64,000 nt of DNA, taken from the NCBI GenBank assembly GCA_965203635.1, contig OZ241903.1, positions 292,232 to 356,231 of the forward strand. Reading direction: 5' to 3'. The notes beneath the pieces were generated by a model. It did not search any database, was not told where the DNA came from, and worked only from the letters and a program-made list of their open reading frames with translations. The position numbers were made by a program, and so were the translations under genes. Below are positions 10,784 to 18,950 of the stretch, one piece after another (the stretch's first letter is position 1; each line of letters starts with the position of its first letter). This DNA comes from Candidatus Aldehydirespirator sp. Lineage in GTDB: Bacteria > Actinomycetota > Acidimicrobiia > Acidimicrobiales > Aldehydirespiratoraceae.

Positions 10784-11572
10784 ATGAGCAGCGACGTTCG
10801 ACTGTTCTCGAAGGACTGCTCGTCGGCGGAGGCTGCAGCCCGAGAAGCCCAGCACCTCGGGACGCTGCGCGGCCCCGGGATAGTGCCTCTACGAGGCGCC
10901 AGTACCCATGGGCTGGCGCTCGAGAAAGCGGCCTGCTCGCTGGCCGACGTGCTGCACGAGCGGGGCCCCCTACCGGAAGACGAGGTCAGGACGGTCGGAG
11001 CCGCGGCCGCGGCCGCTCTGGTTCGCGTGCACGCGGCCGGTCTCGTGCACGGGGACATCAAGCCGGCCAACCTGCTGCTGAGCCACGGCCGCGAGCTGTG
11101 GCTGTCGGACTTCGACGCGACCTGCCCCGCGGACGGCCGGCCGCTCGAGCGGTTCAGCCCCGGGAGGCTGCCACCGGGCGCCCCGGCCCGGCCCGCCGTC
11201 GACCTGACTGCGCTGGCCCTGGCGCTGGTCGAGCTGTCCACCGGCATCCTGCTGGATCCGGGTACCTCCTGGCGTGCGGCCGACCTGCGCCGTCTCGGAT
11301 GCTCGCCGGCTCTCAGCGCGGAACTCTCTTTCATGCTCGACGGCGACGGCCGGACGCTCAGCGCGCTGGATGCAGCCAAGATGCTCGGCCGGGGCGACTG
11401 CGGCTCGCTGCCCGCGCCGGCTGCGGAGGCGCGGCGCGTCGATCCCACCCCGACCGTCGACTTCATGCTGGCCCGGCACCCGCAGCCGGACGTGTCGCCC
11501 CGACCGGCGCTCAAGGCCGACGAGCCGCCGTCGAGATGGTGGCAGCGCCTGGCCGCATCCTGGCTGCCCTAG
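10784..11572 (+). CDS. Protein-kinase-like protein lacking the N-lobe ATP-binding motifs
   Basis: Has HGDIKPANLL (catalytic loop) and LSDFD (DFG-like), but no GxGxxG or VAIK segment. An AT-rich stretch with TATACT lies 8 nt upstream of the ATG. Confidence 0.5.
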   Translation: MSSDVRLFSKDCSSAEAAAREAQHLGTLRGPGIVPLRGASTHGLALEKAACSLADVLHERGPLPEDEVRTVGAAAAAALVRVHAAGLVHGDIKPANLLLSHGRELWLSDFDATCPADGRPLERFSPGRLPPGAPARPAVDLTALALALVELSTGILLDPGTSWRAADLRRLGCSPALSAELSFMLDGDGRTLSALDAAKMLGRGDCGSLPAPAAEARRVDPTPTVDFMLARHPQPDVSPRPALKADEPPSRWWQRLAASWLP

Positions 11573-11673
11573 AGCCGAGCAGGTGCGGCCGCCTCGCGTT
11601 GCGGCGTTGCGCCGGCTGACGCCGGCGAGCGCGCCGACCACTCGGACCGAGCCGTCGCCGGCCGGTCCCGGGG

Positions 11674-12999
11674 TCAGGCGTCGGGCAGCTCGCAGGCCAG
11701 CAGGTCGTCGTAGGTCTCGCGGCGGACCACCAGGCGGGCCTCGCCATCGGCGGCGAAGACCACCGCGGGCCGCAGGACCTTGTTGTAGTTGGAGCCCATG
11801 GAGTGGCCGTAGGCGCCCGTGACGGGCGTGGCCAGGATGTCTCCGACCGAGATGTCGGCGGGCACCATGGCGTCGCGTACCAGCGTGTCCCCTGACTCGC
11901 AGTGCTTTCCCACCACGGTCACGACCCGGTCCCTGGGAGCGTCGACAGATCTGGGCAGGAACGCCTCATAGCCGCTTCCGTACAGAACCGGCCGCGGGTT
12001 GTCGCTCATCCCGCCGTCGACGGCCACGTAGGTCCGGACCCCCTCGATCGTCTTGATCGTCCCGACCGTGTAGAGGGTTACCGCGGCAGCCGCCGCGATG
12101 GCGCGGCCGGGTTCGGCGGTTACCCGAGCCGTCACCCCTGCCGACCGGCAGGCCTCAATCACCGCTGCGCCCCACTCGGCGATCGTCGGTGCCGACTCGC
12201 CGGCCACGTAGGGCACGCCGAGACCGCCGCCGACCGATATCTCGTCCACCTCGAAGGGCGCGGCGGCCTCCGCGATCACCGCTACTGCCCTGGCGAAGGA
12301 GGACGCCTCGAACACCTGGCTGCCGATGTGGGAGTGGATGCCGACCACCTCGACCGAGGCCGAGGCCCGGGCCCGCTCCATTGCGGCCGCGGCCGCACCC
12401 GTCGACACGGTGAAGCCGAACTTGGAGTCGTCGGCCCCGGTCACCAGGTAGGCGTGGGTGTGGGCCTCGACGCCGGGGGTGAACCGCAGCAGCACCTTGG
12501 GACGCGCCCCGGTCTCGGCGTTCAGCGCGTCGAGGCGGTCCAACTCGTCGAAGCTGTCCACCACGATGCGCCCAACGCCGGCCGCGACGGCCTCGCGCAG
12601 CTCGCCCATCGACTTGTTGTTGCCGTGCAGCACGAGGCGGTCCGCGGGCACGCCCGCAGCCAGCGCCACCTGCAACTCGCCCCCGGTGGCCACATCGAGG
12701 CCCATGCCCTCCGAATGCACGAGGCGAGCCATGGCGACGCACAGGAACGCCTTGGCCGCGTAGGCCACGTCCGGTCCGAACGCGGCCACCGCCTCGCGGC
12801 AGCGGCTGCGTAGATGCTCCTCGTCGTAGACGAACAGCGGCGTCCCGTAGGCGTCGGCCAACTCCAGCAAGTCGCATCCCCCGATACTGAGCCGACCCTG
12901 TGACACGTCGTGGTTGTCGGGCAGCAAGCGGCGGGGCAGCGGCGAGGCCTGAGCGGGTGGCGAAGCCTGAGCGGGTGGCGCAACCTGCGATCCAGCCAT
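11674..12999 (-). CDS. lysA: Diaminopimelate decarboxylase
   Basis: Fold-III PLP decarboxylase with YAAKAF PLP-Lys region, HIGSQ and CESGD motifs. Confidence 0.93.
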   Translation of the reverse strand: MAGSQVAPPAQASPPAQASPLPRRLLPDNHDVSQGRLSIGGCDLLELADAYGTPLFVYDEEHLRSRCREAVAAFGPDVAYAAKAFLCVAMARLVHSEGMGLDVATGGELQVALAAGVPADRLVLHGNNKSMGELREAVAAGVGRIVVDSFDELDRLDALNAETGARPKVLLRFTPGVEAHTHAYLVTGADDSKFGFTVSTGAAAAAMERARASASVEVVGIHSHIGSQVFEASSFARAVAVIAEAAAPFEVDEISVGGGLGVPYVAGESAPTIAEWGAAVIEACRSAGVTARVTAEPGRAIAAAAAVTLYTVGTIKTIEGVRTYVAVDGGMSDNPRPVLYGSGYEAFLPRSVDAPRDRVVTVVGKHCESGDTLVRDAMVPADISVGDILATPVTGAYGHSMGSNYNKVLRPAVVFAADGEARLVVRRETYDDLLACELPDA

Positions 13000-13003
13000 C
13001 GGG

Positions 13004-14623
13004 CTACAGCCTCTCCGGGGCCGACACCCCGAGAATGCCCAGGGCCACGGCCAGGCCCACCCGGGCTCCCTCCACCAGCCACAGACGGGCCTGACGCAGC
13101 TCCTCGCCCACGTCGTCGCGCAGGATCGGGCAATCGTGCCAGAACCGGTGGAAAGCGGCCGCCAGCTCGCGGGCCCAGCCCGTCACCTGGTGGGGGGCGC
13201 GGGCTCGCGTCGCAGCCACCACGGCGTCGGGCAGGGACGCCAGGGCCCGCAGCACGTCCAGCTCACGCTCGTGCACCAGCACCGACAGATCCACGTCGTC
13301 CAGCGGTGCCCGCTGAACGTCGCGGGCCGCGGCCATCCGCCCCAGCGAGTGGATGCGGGCGTGCGCGTATTGCACGTAGTAGACGGGGTTCTCGGCTGAC
13401 TGGGCCGACACCACGTCAACGTCGATGGTCTGGGTGGTGTCGATGGACTGGAGCAGGTACACCAGCCGGGTCACGTCGGGCCCCACCTCGTCGAGCAGGT
13501 CAGAGACCAGCACCATGTCGCCGGCCCGCTTGGACAGGCGCACCTCGACCCCGCCCCGCCGCAGGGTGACGTTCTGGCCGATCAGCGTCTCGTAGCCGTC
13601 CGGCGGGTGGCCCAGCGCACCCAGCGCGGCCCGCATCCGTGGGACATAGCCGTGGTGGTCGGCGCCGAGAACGTCGATCACCACCTCGCCCCGGGAGAAC
13701 TTCTCGTGGTGGTAGGCGATGTCGGGCAGGAAATAGGTGGGCTCGCCGTCGCTCTTGACCAACACCCGGTCGGCACTGTCGCCGAGGTCGCCGGTCCGCA
13801 GCCACACCGCGCCGTCCTGCTCGTACACCATTTCCCGGCTGCGCAGCTCGTCGAGGACGTCGTCCATCGCGCCCCGGGCGACCAGCGCGGACTCGCTGGT
13901 GTAGAGGTCGAAGTCCACATTCATCGCGGCCATAGTCTCGGCCTGGTCCCGGCGGGCGCGTTCCAGCCCCCACTCGCGTATGTCGTCCGTGTCGGCGATG
14001 TCGGGCATCTCGGCGGCCCACTCGGCCACGTACTCGCCGTGATAACCGTCGTCGGCCGGCTCGGCACCGCGGCTCCGAGCCTCGAGAGAGGCGGTGAACA
14101 GGTCGATCTGGCGGCCCCGGTCGTTCACATAGAACTCCCGGCACACCGCGTAGCCGCAGCGTTCCAGCAGCCGGCACAGCGAGTCTCCGTAGGCGGCCCA
14201 GCGTCCGTGGCCGGCATGCAGCGGTCCGGTGGGATTGGCCGACACGAACTCCACGCTCGCCGAGCGTCCCGCACCCTCGGTGCTGCGGGCGTAGCCGTCG
14301 ACGCCGGCGTCGATCACCTCTCCGAGCACCTCGTGCAGCCAACTCGGGGCCAGCCTGAAGTTCACGAAGCCGGGGCCGGCGGCCTCCACCGTCACCACGT
14401 GCGGGGGCGGCTCGGCGCTGAGGTGGGCGACGATCTGCTCGGCCAGCTCGCGGGGCGGACGCCCCGCAGCCTTGGCCGCGGCCAGAGCGACATTTGACGA
14501 CCACTCGCCGTGGGAACGGTCCCGGGGCCGCTCGATGGCGATCTCGGCGGGCGCGCCGTCGACGCCGGCTCCCTCGAGAGCCGATCGCAGCCCGTCCCGC
14601 AAGCCGTCGCGCACATCCGGCAT
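13004..14623 (-). CDS. argS: Arginine--tRNA ligase
   Basis: ANPTGPLHAGHGR (HIGH-type motif), LSKRAGDMV and a DALR anticodon-binding C-terminus. Confidence 0.95.
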   Translation of the reverse strand: MPDVRDGLRDGLRSALEGAGVDGAPAEIAIERPRDRSHGEWSSNVALAAAKAAGRPPRELAEQIVAHLSAEPPPHVVTVEAAGPGFVNFRLAPSWLHEVLGEVIDAGVDGYARSTEGAGRSASVEFVSANPTGPLHAGHGRWAAYGDSLCRLLERCGYAVCREFYVNDRGRQIDLFTASLEARSRGAEPADDGYHGEYVAEWAAEMPDIADTDDIREWGLERARRDQAETMAAMNVDFDLYTSESALVARGAMDDVLDELRSREMVYEQDGAVWLRTGDLGDSADRVLVKSDGEPTYFLPDIAYHHEKFSRGEVVIDVLGADHHGYVPRMRAALGALGHPPDGYETLIGQNVTLRRGGVEVRLSKRAGDMVLVSDLLDEVGPDVTRLVYLLQSIDTTQTIDVDVVSAQSAENPVYYVQYAHARIHSLGRMAAARDVQRAPLDDVDLSVLVHERELDVLRALASLPDAVVAATRARAPHQVTGWARELAAAFHRFWHDCPILRDDVGEELRQARLWLVEGARVGLAVALGILGVSAPERL

Positions 14624-14635
14624 CGGCCGATCCTA

Positions 14636-14884
14636 CCGTTGGGCCCCAGCCTCCTCGGTGAGCCGAGCGCCACCGGCCCGGCCTCAACCTGCGGGACAAG
14701 ACACCCGATCGACCAGCAGTCCGGCCCGCCTTGGGCCGCGAGGACCGTTGGGCCCCTATCTCCCTGTGAGCAGCAGGCCAGTCAGGCCGGCCACCGTTGG
14801 GCCCCAGCCTCCCGGTTGAGCAGCAGGCCAGTCGCGTCGGCCACCGTGGCCCCAGCCTCCTCGGTGAGCCGACCGCCGATAGCA
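14636..14884. repeat. Intergenic tract with four copies of a roughly 49-nt motif (ccgttgggccccagcctcc..ggtgagc[agcaggccagtc...ggccac])
   Basis: Motif starts at 14636, 14745, 14794 and 14844. The last three are head-to-tail with a 49-50 nt period. Confidence 0.7.
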
Positions 14885-14896
14885 TGACCCGGCCCA

Positions 14897-14968
14897 GCCC
14901 CCGTAGCTCAGGGGATAGAGCAACGGCCTCCGGAGCCGTGTGCGCAGGTTCGAATCCTGCCGGGGGCG
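14897..14968 (+). tRNA. tRNA-Arg (anticodon CCG)
   Basis: Hand-folded cloverleaf: acceptor GCCCCCG/CGGGGGC, D arm GCTC-AGGGGATA-GAGC, anticodon arm ACGGC-CTCCGGA-GCCGT, T arm GCAGG-TTCGAAT-CCTGC. CCA is not encoded. Confidence 0.9.
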
Positions 14969-14969
14969 C

Positions 14970-16151
14970 ATGACTGTCACGGACGCGGCACCCGCACCGG
15001 CCAAGAAGCCCCGCTGGACCTACCAGTGGAAGGAACTCCACGACGAGGTCATCACCTCGGGACTGTGCACCGGCTGCGCGGGGTGCGTGATCGCCTGCCC
15101 CCACCACGTCATCGGCTACACCCACGAGCCCGGCGCCTACAAGCCGTTCCACCTCGAGGACGACGAGTACGGCCCCGGCGACTGCGTCCACGGGGTGAAG
15201 GGCTGCACGTCCTGCACGAGGGCCTGCCCCCGCTTCCGCATGTGGGAGCCCGAGGCCGACATGCACCTGTTCGGCCGGGAGCGCCACCCCGACGAGATGT
15301 CGGGCGTCTACTCCGACATCCTGCTGACCCGGGCCAGCGACGACTTCGTGTACGACGTGGGCCAGGACGGCGGGCTGGTGTCGGCCATCCTGATCTGGTG
15401 CATGGAGAACGACATCATCGACGGCGCCCTCACCAGCGGGGTGGAGTCGCTGCCCGGTGGCGAGCCGGGCTGGAAGGCGTTCCCGATGGTGGCCACCAAC
15501 CGCGACGAGGTGCTGAGGGGCGCGGGCAGCCGCTACACCTACTCGGCCAACCCGATCGCATTCGAGGAGGCCCGCGACAAGGGGCTGGAGCGCTTGGCGC
15601 TGGTGGGGATGAGCTGCCAGACGTCGGTGGGTCCGGTGATGTGGCACCGCAAGGTGGGCAAGGTCAGCAAGCCGATCAAGCTCAACATCGGCCTGCTGTG
15701 CTCGAAGTCGTTCGACGACTCGCTGTTCGACGAGCTCTTCGAGGTGAAGTACGGGCTGCCCAAGGAGCAGATCTCGAAGATGAACATCAAGGGCGTCTTC
15801 CAGATCTGGACCAAGGACGGCCGCTACTACGAGATCAACCTCAAGGAGTGCCACGCCTGGACCCGGGAGGGCTGCAACCTGTGCCCGGACTTCGCGGCCG
15901 AGCACGCCGACATCTCCACCGGCGGCATCGGGGACCTGACCGACTGGACCCTCACCATCGTGCGCACCGAGCTGGGCCGGGCCGTGATCGACGCCATGGT
16001 GCGCGACGGGGCCATCGAGACCCGCCCCGGCGACGACGACCCGGGCGCCATCGCCCTGATGCACCGCCTGTCGGCCAAGAGCCGGGAGCGCTGGCCCCAC
16101 TGGGCCGACGGCGCGGCCCGCCTGGGGCTGCCCGAACGCAAGACGGCCTGA
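14970..16151 (+). CDS. Coenzyme F420 hydrogenase/dehydrogenase beta-subunit family (FrhB/FdhB-like) Fe-S flavoprotein
   Basis: ATG at 14970 sits just after the tRNA. CTGCAGCVIACP ferredoxin motif and FrhB-like N and C domains (GQDGG, CPDFAAEHADIS). Confidence 0.8.
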   Translation: MTVTDAAPAPAKKPRWTYQWKELHDEVITSGLCTGCAGCVIACPHHVIGYTHEPGAYKPFHLEDDEYGPGDCVHGVKGCTSCTRACPRFRMWEPEADMHLFGRERHPDEMSGVYSDILLTRASDDFVYDVGQDGGLVSAILIWCMENDIIDGALTSGVESLPGGEPGWKAFPMVATNRDEVLRGAGSRYTYSANPIAFEEARDKGLERLALVGMSCQTSVGPVMWHRKVGKVSKPIKLNIGLLCSKSFDDSLFDELFEVKYGLPKEQISKMNIKGVFQIWTKDGRYYEINLKECHAWTREGCNLCPDFAAEHADISTGGIGDLTDWTLTIVRTELGRAVIDAMVRDGAIETRPGDDDPGAIALMHRLSAKSRERWPHWADGAARLGLPERKTA

Positions 16152-16184
16152 TACACAGGCCTCCCAACCCCCAAGGAGCCTGAC

Positions 16185-16799
16185 ATGGACATCGAGTTCT
16201 GGATCGACCCGCTTTGACCCTGGTGCTGGGTGACGGCCCGTTGGGTCGTCGACGAGGTGCAGCCGGCCAAGGACCTGAACATCACCTGGCAGCCGATCAG
16301 CCTGTTCTTCAAGAACGATCCCGATCCTGACTCCGACTACTACACGCACTCCTACTTCAGCCTGAGGCTGATGAGGGTTCTGGAGTCGGTCCGGGAGGCC
16401 GAGGGCGACGACGCGGTGGGCCCCCTGTACTGGGAGTACGGCCGGCGCCTGCACCACGACGGTGTGCGGGAGTTCGCGGTGGCCGACGCGCTGGAGGCGG
16501 TCGGCTACGACACCTCACATGCGGCCGCCTTCGACGACGACTCCTGGGACCCGGAGATCCGCAAACGCATGGACGAGGGCCTGGCCCTATGCGGCGACCA
16601 GGTGGGCACCCCGATGATCGCCCTGAAAGATCGCAACGGCGACAAGCAGGGCTACTTCGGCCCGGTCATCACCCGGGTGCCGCCCCCAGAGGACTCCCTG
16701 GCCATGTGGGACGCCCTGGTGGCCATGATGAACGTGTCCGGCTTCTGGGAACTCAAGCGCACCCGCACCGAACGCCCCGAGTTCGGCCCCCGCCCCTGA
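16185..16799 (+). CDS. DsbA-like / Rv2466c-like thiol reductase with in-frame TGA (candidate selenocysteine) at 16215-16217
   Basis: AAGGAG lies 7 nt upstream of ATG 16185. Read-through gives MDIEFWIDPL-U-PWCWVTARW..., colinear with the FWFDPLCPWCWITSRW active-site region and the C-terminal FWELKRTRTE of Rv2466c-type proteins. The track ORF (GTG 16230) starts after the motif. Confidence 0.65.
16232..16250 (+). promoter_or_regulatory. Candidate bacterial SECIS hairpin
   Basis: GACGGCCC-GUU-GGGUCGUC gives an 8-bp stem (one G-U pair) starting 14 nt after the UGA, with G and U in the apical loop. Confidence 0.35.
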
Positions 16800-16800
16800 A
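16773..16800 (+). repeat. Direct repeat DR-L (cgccccgagttcggcccccgcccctgaa), the true 3' end of the DsbA-like gene
   Basis: 26 of 28 nt identical to 21710-21737. Encodes RPEFGPRP plus TGA. Confidence 0.85.
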
Positions 16801-16810
16801 GCAATCAGAC

Positions 16811-18784
16811 GTGCAGGTCTCAACGATTCTAGACCACATCGACAGCGGCTACATGGCGCTTCCTAAGTTTCAGCGCGGCTACGTGTGGAATCGCGACCAG
16901 GTGCGTGGGCTCATGGAGTCGGCCTACCGCCGCCACCCGGTAGGTAGCCTTCTCGTCTGGGCCACGGCCGCAGACGACGCGCCTCACCGGGGCGAGCGAG
17001 AGTTGGCGCCAGGCGTCGTCAGACTGCTCCTTGACGGCCAGCAGCGAATAACCACCCTCTACGGCATCGTCCGCGGATCACCGCCGTCCTTCTTCGACGG
17101 GAACGCGAGAGCGTTCTCAGATCTCTACTTTCACATCGGGAGCCAGGAGTTTCGGTTCCACCAGCCCTCGCGCATGAAAGGTGACCCACTCTGGGTCGAT
17201 GTAACTGCGCTGATGCGAGAGGGGAACGCTGGACTGGGAAAACACATCGCCAAGCTGACGCAGAACCCCGAGCTCGAGTCGATGCAGGGTGACTTCATCG
17301 GCCGCCTTAACAACATCCTCGGAATCCGCGAGATCGACCTACATGTTGAGGAGGTGACAGGGTCCGACAAGACTGTCGACGTCGTAGTGGATATCTTCAA
17401 CCGCGTAAATGGTGGCGGTACCAAGCTGTCGCAGGGTGACTTGGCGCTCGCAAAGATCTGTGGCTCGTGGCCGGACGGCCGAGAGCACATGCAATCGATC
17501 CTTGAGCGCTGGCGTGGGCGCGGGTACGACTTCACCCTCGACTGGCTGCTTCGCAACGTGAACGCGATCGTGACTGGCGAAGCGCGGTTCGAACACCTCC
17601 ATGATGTATCAACCGCCGATATTCAGAACGGCCTCGACCGTGCCGAAAAGGCCATTAACCACGCCCTGAATCTGATTGCCAACCGGCTCGGCCTCGACCA
17701 TGACCGCGTACTCTTCGGCCGCTACGCGCTGCCGGTCATGTCGCGCTATATCGACCAGCGCGGCGGTCGGTTGGCGGATGCAGCCGAGCGGCGTCGCCTT
17801 CTCTACTGGTACTTCCAGAGTGCGATGTGGGGCCGCTTCTCCGGCTCGACGGAGACGACGCTCAACCAGGACTTCGAAGCGATCGAGGAGCTAGATAGCG
17901 GCCTCGACGGCCTGCTAGATCGACTTCGTCTCTGGCACGGCAGTCTACGCGTAGAGCCCGGGCACTTCCGCGGTTGGAGCCTAGGGGCGCGGTTCTACCC
18001 CGTGCTCTACGCGCTCACGCGCGTGGGTGAAGCCAGGGATTGGGGTACTGGTGACGTCTTGAAGCACGGAATGCTGGGAGCAATGAGCGCGCTCGAAGTG
18101 CACCACATCTTTCCGAAGTCTCTGCTCTACAAGAACGGCTTCGACCGCTCGCGAGTGAACGCCGTCGCGAACTTCTGCTTTCTCACGAAGGGCACGAACT
18201 TGCAGATCAGCGACCGTCCACCCTCGGAATACTTCCATAAGGTCGAGGATGGACACCCGGGTTCACTCGCCTCACAGTGGATCCCAATGGACGAGGCGCT
18301 CTGGGAAATCGACAACTACCCGCGATTCCTCGAAGAACGCCAGCGATTGCTTGCCGCCGCGGCGAATGAGTTGCTTGACGGCTTGCTGCAAGGCGCGGCG
18401 GGGTCGGTCGAGTCCGCGGAGGCGCCTCCCGCCGAAGTCCCAGCGAGCGCTCCGCCAGTAATTCCGGGTGGGATCGCTGAGGAAGACGAGAGGGCCGTGT
18501 TGCAAGCCATCAACGAGTGGGTGCGAGAGCAGGGGCTGCCGGAGGGCTACATGGAGTACGAACTCGCGCATCCCGAGACGGGCGACCCTCTCGCCATCCT
18601 CGACCTCGCGTGGCCGAACGGCCTTCAGCCGGGTTACAGCGATCCGGTCGCGCTGCTGCTCGGCGAGGAACAACAGACCTTGCAAATTGCGAACGACCAT
18701 GGCTTCCGCCACTTCACAAGTGCCGAAGCCTTCAAGCGCCACGCGGAAACCGAGGTGCTGGCCCTCGCTAGCACGGATGGGTAG
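16811..18784 (+). CDS. GmrSD-like DUF262 (ParB/DGQQR) plus His-Me/HNH (DUF1524-like) protein with an extra C-terminal domain
   Basis: ALPKFQRGYVW and LLLDGQQRITTLYGI (DUF262), then EVHHIFPKS...NFCFLTKGTNLQISD (HNH-like). About 150 further aa are of unknown type. GTG 16811 was chosen; the upstream part of the track ORF overlaps the previous gene. Confidence 0.8.
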   Translation: MQVSTILDHIDSGYMALPKFQRGYVWNRDQVRGLMESAYRRHPVGSLLVWATAADDAPHRGERELAPGVVRLLLDGQQRITTLYGIVRGSPPSFFDGNARAFSDLYFHIGSQEFRFHQPSRMKGDPLWVDVTALMREGNAGLGKHIAKLTQNPELESMQGDFIGRLNNILGIREIDLHVEEVTGSDKTVDVVVDIFNRVNGGGTKLSQGDLALAKICGSWPDGREHMQSILERWRGRGYDFTLDWLLRNVNAIVTGEARFEHLHDVSTADIQNGLDRAEKAINHALNLIANRLGLDHDRVLFGRYALPVMSRYIDQRGGRLADAAERRRLLYWYFQSAMWGRFSGSTETTLNQDFEAIEELDSGLDGLLDRLRLWHGSLRVEPGHFRGWSLGARFYPVLYALTRVGEARDWGTGDVLKHGMLGAMSALEVHHIFPKSLLYKNGFDRSRVNAVANFCFLTKGTNLQISDRPPSEYFHKVEDGHPGSLASQWIPMDEALWEIDNYPRFLEERQRLLAAAANELLDGLLQGAAGSVESAEAPPAEVPASAPPVIPGGIAEEDERAVLQAINEWVREQGLPEGYMEYELAHPETGDPLAILDLAWPNGLQPGYSDPVALLLGEEQQTLQIANDHGFRHFTSAEAFKRHAETEVLALASTDG

Positions 18785-18799
18785 CTGCATCGCCGCATA

Positions 18800-18837
18800 C
18801 CGACGACCGGGCTACACACATATGGCCCGGTCGTCGG
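18800..18837. terminator. Perfect 13-bp inverted repeat between convergent genes
   Basis: ccgacgaccgggc-tacacacatatg-gcccggtcgtcgg, 16 nt after the stop at 18784. There is no T-tract, so it could act in either direction. Confidence 0.5.
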
Positions 18838-18950
18838 TCTAGGCGCGGGCCTTGGCGGGCCGACATCCATGACTATGCGGCTGCTGCAGACGTGATCCTG
18901 CGGGTTTCGGCGGAAGTAAGTGCATGTGGCCGCTTCGCTCTTCTCGCGCG

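Noticed and set aside
14624-14896. Possible T-box or other riboswitch leader upstream of argS
   Set aside because: I found no specifier-loop or T-box consensus, no terminator/antiterminator pair, and no other riboswitch signature. Only the tandem repeats are evident.
13500-16457. 985-aa minus-strand ORF, the longest in the track
   Set aside because: It is antisense to or overlaps argS, tRNA-Arg, the FrhB-like gene and the DsbA-like gene. It is Arg/Gly/Pro/Ala-rich with no recognisable domain, which is typical of a shadow ORF in high-GC DNA.
16230-16799. Taking the track ORF (GTG 16230) as the complete DsbA-like gene
   Set aside because: It would begin after the CxxC active site. An upstream ATG with a good AAGGAG RBS is in frame and separated only by one TGA at the Cys position, so a Sec read-through or a recent pseudogene is more likely than a truncated native gene.
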